A stretch of 63,340 bases of DNA, filler included, from Octopus bimaculoides (lineage: Eukaryota), in NCBI RefSeq assembly GCF_001194135.2. It is 4 parts of 4 records of this genome, joined end to end, with 100 filler letters (N's around TTAATTAATTAA, not from the genome) between each part and the next. Parts side by side here need not be neighbours in the genome. Positions count along the whole stretch, not along the records: positions 33,780 to 59,725 come from NC_068981.1; positions 59,826 to 63,340 come from NC_068985.1; 2 more parts are not named here. The stretch is one strand, 5' to 3'. How positions within the stretch are numbered: position 1 is the first letter of the stretch; every line of letters begins with the position of its first letter. Below the pieces are notes generated by a model. It searched no databases. It was not told the origin of the DNA and worked only from the letters and a program-made list of their open reading frames with translations. Below are positions 48,544 through 62,328 of this stretch, piece by piece. The position numbers and the translations under genes were made by a program.

Positions 48544-49335
48544 TATATATATATACTTATATTTGTATACATACATATACACACACATACACATATATAC
48601 ATACAGGCATAAATACATAAATACATTATACAATAGTTTATACACAAGCAGAGGTAGAATTTAAAGATTTCTGAATGGTTTAGTTTATTTCCTCTGAAAG
48701 GATAGCCATAAATAATACACTTTTATGCAAAGCGGTATTGATGCAGACACAATTATTATATGAAAGAGAATTCTACTTCATATAAACATTGTGTGTCTGT
48801 AAACACATTTTGTTTAAACAGATATTTTCCATTTAGTCTCAAATTACTCCTCAAATTAAATTTAAATACACAACAAGAATAAAAAAAAAATTGGTGTAAT
48901 TTAATTGAATATGACCTGAAATTTTACCATTATGTAACTTGTTATTAAATTTTTAGTAACACACCCATTTTTCTGTATGGTTTATATATTTTGTGAACGT
49001 ACTGTTGTAATTTAAAATTCATAGTTGACTAAAATTGTATTCTTGTTGTCTTTGGTGAATTAGCATGTGAAAAGATGGTAAATGAAAATTGTGATTTTGT
49101 AGCTTTTCAAAAGGTATTATCAACGTAATTAGGTGAAAATAACTTCAATCAAGAATAGAAACTAAGTGTTGGACCCTGCCTTTCATATGTCTTTCTCAGT
49201 TCATTTTGTTTTGTATGGAACAATGCATTTCTTTGGTCCATCTTTGTTTCAAAATCAGCCATGTCTTACTATCTGAATGAAGGGATGGCTATGATGGTTG
49301 TTATGGCCAATGCAAGAAATAATTGTATTTTAGAC

Positions 49336-51263
49336 CAGGCATCACCAAACTTTTTCCATAGCTGGCCAGATAACTGAGAGAATGAGGAGCGTAGGCCACA
49401 TGACCATTTTGTTCAATACAATACAGTGAATACATAAAAAATAAAGACAACCAGTATATTTATTTACCAAAAGTTATCAAAGAAGGCAATGTTAGCAATA
49501 AGATAGTTATATCACACCCAGTGTGCATATATCTAAATCTCACAAACTAAGCAGCAAAACGGTTAGAGAGATTTGTGAAACTGGTGTTTAGCTTTTAAGA
49601 TATCATCAATATTTGCTTTGGAATTGCTGCATCCAACCAAGAGAATTGCTTTCAAATGTTCATCAGTGAACCTTGTTTGATGTGCTGACTTCATATACTT
49701 CATTTTTGAAAATGTTTGCTCACAGATATAAGTTGTTCCAAGCACTGATGCAAATTGTTGTTCCAAGTTGTTCCAAACACTGATGCCATACCAGAGGCAA
49801 ATTTCTTCAACTTTGAAAATTCATCAGCTAAGCAGCGATGAAATTTGACGAATTTTCCTTATCCATGCTTCTCTTTCAACAAGTCATTTGCTTGCAAATC
49901 AATGAGTACCAACTGTAGTTCAACTGCAATGTCATCAAGATTACAATCAAACGGACTCTAGAACAGGAGAATGTCACTCCAAAAAAATGCTTATTTAAAT
50001 CTCTCCAAAAAATGCGAATTTTGATCACGAATACTCTTCTTCAAAAGCTTGAGGTTGACAACTTTTGTGATTCCAGTGTGAAACTCTTTGAAACACTGAA
50101 AATGAGAGAAGTTTCCTCCTTCCAGTTGTGCTTCAAACAATGATAGCTTTCTCTGAAATCCTTTGATGATTGTGTAGAGATTACAGATAAGGTTATCCTT
50201 TCCCTGAAGTTTCAAGTTCAATTCATTCATGTGGGATGTGATGTCAACCAAATATGGCAGCTTTGACAGCCAGGTTGGACCTGACAGTGGATCAGCTCTA
50301 TCTTTTTCGGTGAGAAAAATACCTATTTTGCTTCAGAGCGTATAAAAATGAAAGAAAATTTTTTACGGCTCAGCCTCCTCACTGCTGTGTGATTAGGCAA
50401 GTCACAAAATTCAGAATAAATTTCTTCAAGAAAAGCCTGGAACTGGCTGTGATTAAGTGCATGACCCCAATTGAAGTTCACCACAGAAACAACTGGTTTC
50501 AGTATGCAAGAAATATCTAAATTTTTCCCATAGAGTACTTGTTGATGTATAATGCAGGGTATAAACAGAGCACCTGAGATTTGAAAATCTTCCAACTTAG
50601 TCCTGATCTGCCCCACCAGACCCTTCCTCACTCCAGCCATGTTTTTTCCTGCATCAACACATCGAAGCTGATTCCACTGAAGGTTATAGTCTTGCAAAGT
50701 TTACTGCACTTCAATGAAAATATCTTCTCCAGTTGTTGTTCTGTGCATGCTGAAAACAGTTGCCAACTCTTTTGTGATCTGAAAATCCAAATTAACAGCA
50801 CAAATGAACATGAGAAGCTGTGATGTACTTGAGAGATCAGTAGACTCGTCCAGCATCAGAGAATACCACAAGAAGTTCCTTGCTTTCTTGCATATCTGTA
50901 GCATTATGTTCTCTCCAAGTTCTATTCTCCACACACTGAACTTGCTAAAAAATTGATACTTCCAAATGAATCAGCTTTCTCAGGACACAAGTCATTTGCT
51001 GCTTCCATCATACATTCTTTGGTGAAGTTGCCATCAGTAAATGGTTTTCCTCGCTCTGCCATCTTATGCACTATTTTGTAATTTGTATGAGTGGCAGATT
51101 CATTTTCAGCAAACATTCTCATGAAGAGAATGTTTAAAGGTAGCAATGCAAGTTAAAACATGATCACTGCAGGAATGAACTCTAAATGCAGGTACTTACA
51201 CTAAAAGTACAGTGCAGTGAGGGGGCTAGATCCAGTCCGTGGGCCATAGTTTGGTGACCCCTG
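49336..51263 (-). mobile_element. hAT transposon, Charlie/SPIN (GTF2IRD2-like) group, degenerate
   Basis: TIRs CAGGCATCACCAAACT and CAGGGGTCACCAAACT (14/16); 8-bp flanks ttttagac and ttctagag (nTCTAGAn type). Transposase fragments GKPFTDG, LDESTD, CIIHQQ, LNLKLQG and TTYICEQTFS. Confidence 0.93.
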
Positions 51264-51344
51264 TTCTAGAGTATTCATCAACACTAACCTGATACACTCT
51301 ACCATCATTCTTTCTCTACTTCTAGTAATCCCTCCTCCTCTCCC

Positions 51345-51500
51345 TAATAAAATTCTGAGTTCAAATACCACCTTTCATCCCTACAGGGTTAATAAAATAA
51401 AAATATTAGAACTTGGGTGGGAGTGGGGGATGTCAATGGTTTTGACTATTTCTCTGCCTCCCAAAAATGCTGGCTTTGTGCCTTAATCAGAAACCATTAT
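51345..51500 (+). mobile_element. SINE family B, degenerate
   Basis: ttctgagttcaaatacc...ctttcatccc...gctttgtgcct...agaaaccattat. Confidence 0.6.
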
Positions 51501-52244
51501 ATATATANNNNNNNNNNNNNNNNNNNNNNNNNNNNNNNNNNNNNNNNNNNNNNNNNNNNNNNNNNNNNNNNNNNNNNNNNNNNNNNNNNNNNNNNNNNNN
51601 NNNNNNNNNNNNNNNNNNNNNNNNNNNNNNNNNNNNNNNNNNNNNNNNNNNNNNNNNNNNNNNNNNNNNNNNNNNNNNNNNNNNNNNNNNNNNNNNNNNN
51701 NNNNNNNNNNNNNNNNNNNNNNNNNNNNNNNNNNNNNNNNNNNNNNNNNNNNNNNNNNNNNNNNNNNNNNNNNNNNNNNNNNNNNNNNNNNNNNNNNNNN
51801 NNNNNNNNNNNNNNNNNNNNNNNNNNNNNNNNNNNNNNNNNNNNNNNNNNNNNNNNNNNNTAATGGTGGTGTTGCTTTTGGTGATGATGATGATGATGAT
51901 GATGATGATGTGTAACTTAAGCACAAGATTACAATTTTTTGGTGGGTGGGTCATTCTTTATTTAATCAACCTGTGCATAACTGGCATGTATGTTATTGAA
52001 ACCAGAAAAATTCAAAGTAAAAGTTGCTCTTCATAGCAGGATTAAAACCCAAATCACAAAGAGATGAATGAGGTTATTGATAGTAATAATACAGCTGAGA
52101 ATTTGGTAGGGTAATCAATGTGTTTGAAAGAATGTCAAGCAGTCCTCTGTCTCTTTGTGTGCAAAGTTCAAATCTTATAGAGGCCAACTTTACCTTTTAT
52201 CCTTTCAGTATTGAAGAGAGGAAAGGTACCAGTTCAGTACTGAG

Positions 52245-52445
52245 GACACTAATGATGATTTCTGATTTGCACACAAAGCCAGCAATTTTGAGAGGAAGGG
52301 GAATAGTTTAAACTATTTTATCGGTCTCAGAGAGATGAAATCAAAGTTAACTTCAGTGAGATTTGAACTCAGAATGTAAAGTGCTGGAGCAAATGTCACA
52401 TATCAGTTTTTTAGAATGATCTAATAATTCTACCAGTTTACCACT
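52245..52445 (-). mobile_element. SINE family B
   Basis: gcacacaaagccagcaatttt...gatttgaactcagaatgt. Confidence 0.75.
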
Positions 52446-52551
52446 TTACAGGGGACAATCATAAATAATAATTTTTTTTTTATTAGCCACAGGCACTCAA
52501 AGAGACATTAACTAGGATGGGTGATACTGGATTGATTTTCTAACTTTTTAA

Positions 52552-52744
52552 CCCTTTTGATACCAACCCAGCTGAAGTACAAATGTCTTGTTTCAAAAGT
52601 TCTGAATTAAAATCTTCCACCAAACCTTAATCACAACTTATGTTCTTAACATTAGCTTAATGATATTTTACTAAATTCTTTGTTATATTTAGAATTAATT
52701 GAAAGAAACACAGAGCATCTCGACAGAAATATGTTAACAAAAAG
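52552..52744. mobile_element. piggyBac-type MITE, second family
   Basis: TTAA flanks (52548-51 and 52745-48); degenerate TIRs cccttttgatacca and (rc) ctttttgttaaca. Confidence 0.6.
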
Positions 52745-52789
52745 TTAAACATTACTGAGTTCTGACAACAATAACAATAATGATTATCA

Positions 52790-52995
52790 TAATCCTTTCT
52801 ACTATAGGCACAAGGCCTGTGATTTTGAGGAAGGGAGTTAGTCAATTACTCGACTGGTACTTATTTCATCAACCCCAAAGGGAGGAAAGGCAAAGTTGAC
52901 CTTGGCAGAATTTGAACTCAGAACGTAAAGATGGATAAAATGCCACTAAGCAATTTTCCCAGCATGCTAACGATTCTCTCAGCTTGCTACCTTGC
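52790..52995 (-). mobile_element. SINE family B
   Basis: atcctttctactataggcacaaggcctg...aggcaaagttgacc...gaatttgaactcagaacg...gctaacgattct. Confidence 0.85.
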
Positions 52996-53164
52996 TATAA
53001 TAATAATCATAATAGCAACAACAACGATAATCATTTCATTATTTGCCACAAGAGAACAGGATGAGGAGACATTACAACAATAAAAAAGATGTTAATAACA
53101 CTGTCTTCATCACCACAAGTGTTCCAAGTGGAACATTACAAAAATAAATGAGAAAATAATAATA

Positions 53165-53330
53165 ATAATCCTTTCTACTAAAGGCACAAGGCCCAAAATT
53201 TGGTGGGAGGGGACTAGTCAATTATATCGGCCCAAGTACTCTGATGCCATTTAATTTATCAACCCTGAAAGGATAAAAGGCGAAGTTGACCTCAGTGGAA
53301 TTTGAACTCAATGTAGCAGCAGACGAAATA
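53165..53330 (-). mobile_element. SINE family B, head truncated
   Basis: atcctttctactaaaggcacaaggccc...gaaaggataaaaggcgaagttgacctcagtggaatttgaactc. Confidence 0.8.
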
Positions 53331-53497
53331 AGGAGACTCCTCTCACATTTTTTTCTTAGAAGGTCTGACATTCAGTTTAATTTAGCCTTCTGTTCCTTTC
53401 AGTTGTCATCTTTCTTTCTGTCAGACTCTCACATTTCATTGTCCATCCTTTGATCTCTCTCTCTCTCTCTCACTCACTCTCTCTCTCACTCTCTCTC

Positions 53498-53569
<72 letters not shown>

Positions 53570-53789
53570 ACTCTCTCTTTCTCTCTCATTTGATCGACTG
53601 TTTAACACAACCTTCTGATAGCCATTGCTGATATCATGCTATTCTCTTGGCTCTTGATGGGTTGAATTACATTTGGTTGGGCAAATTATAATCTTTGATT
53701 TGTTGAATTGTATTTTATATACCTTTACTTATGGTGTTAAGAAGTGTATCCAGTCATAAAACCTAAGCCAAATCAAACACTGGAGCTTG

Positions 53790-53870
53790 ACACAGTCTTC
53801 TGGCTAGTCTGCTCTGGTCAACCACCCAACCCATGTCAGCATAGAAAACAGATGATGATGATGATATCAA
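53790..53870 (+). mobile_element. RTE-type 3' tail fragment
   Basis: caaccacccaacccatgtcagcatagaaaacagatgatgatgatg. Confidence 0.6.
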
Positions 53871-54399
53871 TATTACTAGTTTACTTTCATCATTTCATGT
53901 TAGATGGATTCAACATAAACAAAATAAATGACTGAATAAAAGCAACTAGCTCTCTTCTAAAGTAGAACCCTTTAAAAAAATCATTTTTTCTAAAAAGATT
54001 ATCTCCCCATTGCGAAAAATAAAATTTCATAAAATACATGAAATTATATTAATTGAGATGACTGTTAAAATGGATTACATGAAACAATTTTCAGACCTAA
54101 TTTGAATTTGGCTCAGTTGTACCCATACTATAAAATTAGCATAACTATACCAGTAGTTCACTTGTAACTAAGCAATAAATGACATCAATGAGAATTCAGA
54201 ATAAAGCAGTTCTATTAAGCATTTGCCTCAAGTAAGTGTAATAAAGATGTTACACAATCCCTTGGACCAGTGGTGTATCACTGAAGACTTTTGTCATATA
54301 AAGATGCTCTCTATGTTAAGCCTGTCTCTTGAATGATCTTTTCCCAAGGAAAACAAGTTGCAGTTAACAAAACACTTGTTAATGATATGATACTCATAA

Positions 54400-54645
54400 G
54401 GTGGCAAGCTGGCAGAATTGTTAGCATGTAGGGCAAAATGCTTAGCAGCATTCTGTCCATCTTTACTTTCAAGGAAACATTTTACATCCATCTTTACATG
54501 TTTAGTTCAAATTTTGCTGAGGTTGGCTATGCCTTCCATCCTTTCAGGGGTTGATAAAATGAGTACCAGTTGAGCATTAGAGTAGATGTAATTGACTGTC
54601 TCCATCCTTCAAAATTTCAGGCCTTGTGCCTACAGGCAGAAAGGA
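54400..54645 (+). mobile_element. SINE family B, full length
   Basis: ggtggcaagctggcagaattgttagc...gttcaaattttgctgagg...gagtaccagttg...ggccttgtgcct. Confidence 0.85.
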
Positions 54646-55141
54646 ATTATAGGATACTCATTTTGCCTAAAATAAGAGAAAATCCACGAATTACTAGTAT
54701 GATATCAACTATAGTTGTTCAACCCCAGGTCAGAGCAGAGAAAGCAGACCTATGATCAAGGATACTCTTCACCTGCTTTCATCTTGTCTGTCTAGGATTG
54801 TTCTGATCAATGTGTCACTCTTTTTTTTTTGACATGGTAGGTCAGCTCTGTAGTCTACATTGTCCAATAAGTTTTTCTTTTCTTTTCTCTTTTATTTTTG
54901 TTCCCATGATAGTAGAGTGTGTTTGATGTAAATTTGGCTGCTATTTCTAACATGCCAAGCTACCACAGAAAAACTTCCTCTCTACCTTAAGGGAGAACCA
55001 ACTGTTATGTCCAGCAAGTTAAGTGACCACATAGGAGGTTCGTCTTTTGCTTGTGTGATGGTGTTGTTGATTTTCAGTGAGTGTATTTTCATGTGTGACT
55101 CAGTATGTAGGCAAGTATGTACATGTGCATGCATGTGTGAA

Positions 55142-55175
<34 letters not shown>

Positions 55176-55951
55176 TGCGCGTGTGTGTGCGTGTGTGTGT
55201 GTGTGCACGCATGTGTAAGAAAGTGCGTCTCATTTAGATAAGGTGTGAACTACATCACATATTTGCAAACAGAGTGAAGCCTCAGTCCCAGTCAAGACAT
55301 GTATAACAACTGTTGTCACTGATGTTGTTTAGTCTCAGACCAGCCATTGTAGGTCTTCTTCAACTTATCCTTTTTTTGTTTGTTTCTTTTTTTCAAGATG
55401 GCATTGTGTGATATGATGAAAATTTGGTTGTCATTTCTAATACATTGAGCAACAACATAGAGACTCTTTCACTAACTTTGAGACATGAACTGTTAAGGAC
55501 AAAGTAGACCAGACCTTATTGACATTGACTGCTGGAAGTCATACATCCAATTACTAAAGAAGCTATATATTTCATCTCCACCAATCTTACTGTCAACACC
55601 TATCATCTGCTTCAACTTTGCTGAATGAGTAAATAATTTCATGGTCTTCAAAGAATACACCAATCTTATATTATCCAAAGTTTTATGTCAATGAAACACT
55701 GCATTATTGTAATCTGTGCAATTAGTCTACATTTAAAACATCTAAAATTTCCTGCTTCAATGACTAATACCTCTTCTGCTTCAATGTTGATAATTATTGC
55801 TAAAATTTCTGATAGACTAGATTTCAGTTCACAAAGCCATTAATCCCAGTATCAAAGAAATTTTTGTCTCCTAAGTATGTGTGTGTTTGTGTGTGTGTGT
55901 GTGTGTGTGCATGTGTGTACATACATACATATACACACACATATACATATA

Positions 55952-55999
<48 letters not shown>

Positions 56000-56693
56000 T
56001 GCAAGCATGCATATATGTATGCATACAATCATGCATATATGTATGTATGCATGTATGTATATGTGTATATATGCAGGTATGTATGTACATATGTGTGCAT
56101 GAATGTATGTATGATGAATGTTTAAGAATCAGTACAGTACAAAGAAGTGACTAATATGGTTATATATATTCATTAAGTCACATTCATAACGTATATGATC
56201 TACTTGTGATTCTATACTTTTAATTACTGTGAATGGAAATCATATTTGGTCAGCTCTGAACTATGTTTCTTGCAGTATGTAATGTAAAACATTATAGGCT
56301 ATATTGATCTCATAAGATACAGTTACAGTCATATGTGTTTTAACCGTATATGTGGTTTATGTCATTTCAATTGTGATTACTGACTAGAAATACCAACCTC
56401 ATGAATACTTCAGGTGAACAAGAAATATATAATGTTTGGAGATTATGTTAACTGCAAAACTAAGCTTGGATTCCAGAAAATAGGTGACATAAAACTGAGT
56501 TCTGCTAAAGTATATGTCTTGAGGATTTATGGAGAACATTAGTGTGAAATATCAGCTATAAATATTCAGTTAAATTTTTAAAATAACTAAAATAGTATGA
56601 GCAAGTTTTGTGGGGAAAAAAAAAAACAAATAAGAAAAGCATAGCAAACATAAAAAAAGAAAATATAAATGTGTGTGTGTGTGTGTACATTTT

Positions 56694-56725
<32 letters not shown>

Positions 56726-57121
56726 ACAATTACTGAACTAAATTAGCAAGGATATCATATTTATTGTTTTAGACCTAAAAGATATGAATGGGAATTATAC
56801 AGGAAGACTAAACGTTTTCCATTTTATGAGTTGTAAAGTGTGTAGCCATATATTGGATAGCATAAATTATATCTATTGTCTAAAGTAACTGATATCTAAT
56901 GAAGAGCTTAAATCACTAAGGTAAAGTTACATGATAGTGATATTGTGTTAACTATTCATTATACATTTACAAGTGAACCTACAAGACTGTATCACTCAAG
57001 GTTATTTACTATGTTACTAGCACATCAAAATAATTTGTAAACCAAGATGGAAACAGCAAAAGGATAAAATGTACTTAGTTTCTGTACATCCACACATACA
57101 TACTTCAGTTTGTGCATGAGT

Positions 57122-57507
57122 TGAGTTGGCACTCTGTCGCTTACAACGTCAAGGGTTCCAGTTGATCCGATCAACGGAACAGCCTGCTCATGAAATTAAT
57201 GTGCAAGTGGCTGAGCACTCCACAGACATGTGTACCCTTAACGTAGTTCTCGGGGATATTCAGCGTGACACAGTGTGACAAGGCTGACCCTTTGAATTAC
57301 AGACACAACAGAAACAGAAAGTAAGAGTGAGAGAAAGTTGTGGTGAAAGAGTACAGCAGGGTTCGCCACCATCCCCTGCCAGAGCCTCGTGGAGCTTTAG
57401 GTGTTTTCACTCAATAAACACTCACAACGCCCGGTCTGGGAATCAAAACTGCGATCCTATAACTGCAAATCTGCTGTCCTAACCACTGGGCCATTGCGCC
57501 TCCACAC
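57122..57507 (-). mobile_element. tRNA-derived SINE, third family (about 385 bp)
   Basis: The reverse complement begins ggaggcgcaatggcccagtggttaggacagcag...gttttgattcccagaccgggcg (A and B boxes in a tRNA-like head), followed by a unique body. Confidence 0.85.
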
Positions 57508-58559
57508 TGCTTAAAAAACATACTTTTGGAAATTTATTTACAACCTGCTATAAACGATAATAACTTGAAAGAATTTCAGTTGTGACCATCCTGTCAATAT
57601 ACTATTTAATATTCAAGTAATATACAACATTTAATATGTTAAAATCATTTAATATATACACAATTTATGTAAAAATATATTGTATTTCATCAAAATGGTT
57701 TTAGCATTATATTAAACAATATATTGCATAATCAATTTTTTTAGTTGAAATTTTTAGAACACAATAAATGAATGGAGACATGTTTGTCCTACAAGATCTA
57801 AAGATCAAAACAAGCAAATGCATATTGTAATATGTGATGATATACAACACAGAATATCTGATGTTCAAAACTTAGAAACCCCAAACCCTTTAAAATAAAA
57901 TCAAAAGTAAAAATATTAGAGGTGAGTGCATGATTCCTCCATTTTTAGGAATTTATTTGTTTCAATAATTCAATCAAGTCAGTTACTTTTTTACATTACC
58001 CATCACTATTAATTTCATTTTTAATTTATGCCTCTTTTCATAGAAATTACTCTAAGAAAAGTCACGATATGAGATATATTATTTCTGGCATTTAATTGTC
58101 CCAAACTTGTGGTATGCATTATTCATGAGTACAGATTATACAGGAAGAAGTGAGGCTAGACTCTGTAAAATTTTCTAAATTTCTGAATAACAACCTATAC
58201 TCCTATATTATTACATTTTGGAAGAGTCATAATTGATAAAGTCTATGAACACACTCACTGGTTGTTTGTCTATATCAGACAACCAGTAGGTGTATTTATA
58301 TGTTTTGTCAATTACAACTCTTCCAAAACATAACAATGCTGCTTTCCATACAGTTTCAAATCAAAATTCTTGTAAAACAAATTCAAAATCAAAGAGCCTG
58401 TATTTCTATTTTTGTACAAAATAGTGCTGTACACTAATAAAAAGTATTCATGATTTAGTTATTTATTTTAAGATTGTGTAGCTGATACATAACATACAGT
58501 ATTAAACAGGTTGTTTAATGTTTTGTCATATCTTTTGTTTTTTTTTAAATATTCATATT

Positions 58560-59140
58560 CCTGATTCCAGATCTTCTTGTGTAATTGTAATTCATTTCTG
58601 CCTACCATTTCTCATATCCTACTTAAGCCATTTTGTAGAATATGTTTGTGCCACATTTTTTTCTGGGCATTTTCCATTATGCTAACATAATTTCTGGCAC
58701 ATGAAGTTTCCTGTTCTATCATGTATGTTTATATATTCTGATTTTGCTATAACTATACAGCCCAAAACAGTCAAGGACATTGTTTTTTTTTTTTGTATTC
58801 TGCCATATATTCTGCACATTTTATATTCTACCTCATTATATGTCTTTCATAGTTTCTTGTGAAACAGCTACCATATTCTGGTGCTTTCCAATTGTTTTTC
58901 TGTAGTGTACGTGTTATTTCTTATGTGGTTTTTTTTTTTTACCTATCATTGCTGAAATGCTGCTCTTTTGTTGAACTTTCTTGTCTATTATGTTCTACCT
59001 TCTCTCCATAAACCTTCCCAAATTTTTTCTCTTCTCTTGCTGTTGGCATTGCATTGGTTTCTGTTTTATTTTTACCTGGTTCTTGATATAATATATGGGT
59101 ATTGGAGATGAGCTGCTTGTTTTGTTCAAAGGACAAATAC
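58560..59140 (-). mobile_element. Old Dong/R4-clade LINE fragment (zinc-knuckle region)
   Basis: Broken translations TRNYERHIM, CRIYG and GCIVIAKSEYINIHDRTG...KLC*H...WHKH match the CCHC region of R4/Dong ORFs. Confidence 0.65.
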
Positions 59141-59607
59141 TAAATATTTATCAGCTATATTATATCTGGCTATTTGCATATGATTCTTGATGCATATAGA
59201 ATAAGTGAACAAAATGCACAAATCTCACAAGAAAGTTAACTCACTTAAAAACAGGACAAGGGATTTAATTGTACTTTTCTGTTTCCTTTAGTTTTGAATG
59301 TTCTGTAGAGCAGGGTGTTTACATTTTGAATTAAGAGACCCCTATCTGAAGCAAGTTGCAAGGCCAAGTCATTGATAAAATTTAATAAAAGATAAAAATA
59401 AAGTTTTAAAAAATATATAAAATATAAAAAGTAAATATGTAAATAATAAGAAAAAGCTACAAAAAATTCTCAATAACATTTCAATAGTGTTGAAATGTTG
59501 ACAAAGTTTTCAAGTTGAAGGAAAATAACTAGTTACTTGGACATATTAAGACTTAACTGATAATCAGTGTTTGAATTTTCAATGCAACATCACACACTTC
59601 AACAATC

Positions 59608-59673
<66 letters not shown>

Positions 59674-59825
59674 TGATGATGATGATGATGATGATGATAA
59701 TGATGATGATGATGATGATGATGATNNNNNNNNNNNNNNNNNNNNNNNNNNNNNNNNNNNNNNNNNNNNTTAATTAATTAANNNNNNNNNNNNNNNNNNN
59801 NNNNNNNNNNNNNNNNNNNNNNNNN

Positions 59826-59921
<96 letters not shown>

Positions 59922-60724
59922 CAAAATTTAGAAAGGTGTGAACGAAACGCGGATATAGAAAATTTATGTGACAAAATGTACTCAGGTTTTTTGAAGCTGT
60001 ACATTTTAAACGTGTTGGGATTTTAGAATACAATCTGAAAACAGGGAATATAAATGTGAAGATAATGAAAAAAGAACCTGGAAATTATCGAATCTCAAAA
60101 TTAAATTGCTTCGATAAAATTCAATTTCAAGAGGTGTGTGGCGTTAAGCAAATGTAATATAAGCAGCAATAATGATGATGTATAATCGCAAAAATTTTCA
60201 TATTCAGATTTTTGTCATTCAAAGGTAGTTTTATTTTTTAATTAACTTACACTCAAAGGATATATTGCTAGAACATTCCTATGACTCTGCACTGCGTATA
60301 ACGCTATCTGAGACTTCAGTTTTACTTACAAAGAACAGATATTTGAACAAAACCTATCATGCTGGTCGTTAAAAATACTTAATGCACTTTTTAAAAAGCG
60401 TAATGACCTCCCCTACTTCTAATAACAAGCACTAATTACGTCATCTAATATTTGTTTGTCTTCCGATTCATTTCTAAAAACATCCTTTCTCCTACTAACA
60501 TGAAATTAAGTATTCTTATGATAAAATTTACATTAAAAATTTATAAATTATTGAACTAAAATATTTACATAGTTAAAAATTAGTTATATCCTCCTATTCA
60601 GACGCTGTGGGTAATTTCCAATATTTGTAGTTTCTCTATTTAACCAGTGTTGTACAGAGGTTTCATTGTATTGGAAACTGGGGAAAAAAACCTGAACTTT
60701 GCTTAGGGATTTCACACAGATCCT

Positions 60725-60840
60725 TCAGTGTGTTCGCTCAATGGTGTTTGTCTCCATCTTGGAAAAGGGATTTGTTGTAAATGCAGTGTTGTTGCCCGCC
60801 TGATACATTCCTGTTTGGCCTTTATACTTGTGCTGACATC
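60725..60840 (-). CDS. Terminal coding exon of an unidentified gene: (R)CQHKYKGQTGMYQAGNNTAFTTNPFSKMETNTIERTH*
   Basis: Acceptor ttctgtag at 60842-41; phase 1 matches the upstream exon; TGA at 60727-25. Confidence 0.6.
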
Positions 60841-62255
60841 CTACAGAAGTTATCACAGATTAATTTTTCGGACACAGGCAGAAACACACACTCATTCATA
60901 CATCACAGAAACACATATAATTCTAGTAATGCAACCATTATGGAATATATATGAGCTTGAGCATCCCCTCATAATACATACACACACACATACATACACG
61001 CACATGCACAGAGACCAGAATACCGTTAATCAGAACATTTGCCTGGTCCATACTATTTTCAGTGTAGATCATATGCATCATTTATCGTTGTATATATATT
61101 TATGAGACACGTGATTTACAGGAAGGAAAATACATGAAAACTAAACATGAAAAGTTTGCATGTAGCATAAGTATTATCACATAATTTGCGCTGAAAACCC
61201 AGCGGCAGAAACCCCTGAATCTCATTCTTTACAACGTATTGAATCAGCAGATTTTGATGCATTAGAAATATATTGGCCGATTACATCCCTACATTGTTTA
61301 ACATCACCACGATTATAAATTTCTTATTCACTGAAATATTTTATTTTTATTTCTCTATCATTCACTATATATTCTGTGAAGACATAGGAAATAAATTCAT
61401 TCGTTGATACGGTATATATGACCGAATGGCAGACGACATGCCTCCTGCATAACCTCTTTCAATTATTAGATAATAGTGTTATATTTATGATTCTGTATAC
61501 CTTTTCTTGCTTTTGTTCAACATAAGGCAAGCATTGTCCAATATTTTCGTCTACAATGCAATGCTCCCTTCATTTAGCAGAGATTAGCAAGCACTGCATT
61601 ATTATTTTGTTGTATACATTGTATTTATTATATTAGAGAGTTTATACATATATGTGTATGGAGATGCATGCACATGTAGGCTTCTTTATAAATACAGTAA
61701 CTCAAACAAAAAACATATATAGATAACACAACATGCCGCCATAAATGGTGGCAGTGGTCTTACTGGATACTTTTGTGTTCACTATTTCCCATTTTCATTT
61801 AAAATTCCCGTAACTAACCTCCTTTCATTTGATAAACTACTTATTTGCTCCAAAAATTTAAGCAAATATTCCTTACTAATGTTCTATCTTACCGTTCAGC
61901 TGTATGGGCCATGTTTAAAGTATCTTGTTATTCAGAGTCAACACTGGTTTTTATAAAGAGCTATATACAAGTAGTCATGTTCTAGTTTATGGTAGTTGTA
62001 AGTTACTAGAGTCTTGGACATGTGGATGCTGAGAGCGCATTGAATCTCCAGGTTTAAGTCGGTTTTCATATTCTCCAGATAAGTCAGTAAAAAAGAACTT
62101 CCTATTTGGTTAATCATTTGATCAGCTGGTATATTGTGCCTCTTTATTGTATTTGATGTTAAAGTTTTCCGATGACACTTTCTGATGGATTGCATTCTTC
62201 GTTTGTCGCTATTAAGAGGCCGAATGTGATTGTATTTTGTATTTGATACACATAC

Positions 62256-62328
62256 GTGTTAATGTATATTTTTCCTTTGTTTCATGCATTGGATATGGTG
62301 AGAGCTGCATTCCAGGCCCAGGCATATC
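62256..62328 (-). CDS. Penultimate coding exon of an unidentified gene: DMPGPGMQLSPYPMHETKEKYTLT
   Basis: Acceptor ttttgtctcttag and donor GTATGT; 73 nt, phase 0 to phase 1, joining in frame (C|GA = Arg) to 60840. Confidence 0.62.

Noticed and set aside
56276-56310. Acceptor followed by CNVKHYRLY (SH2 betaD-like VKHYR)
   Set aside because: Immediate stop, no donor, and no other SH2 exons seen.
58943-59139. Apparent 197-nt minus-strand exon (ORF 58939-59136)
   Set aside because: Contiguous with decayed Dong/R4 ORF motifs just downstream; better explained as a LINE remnant.
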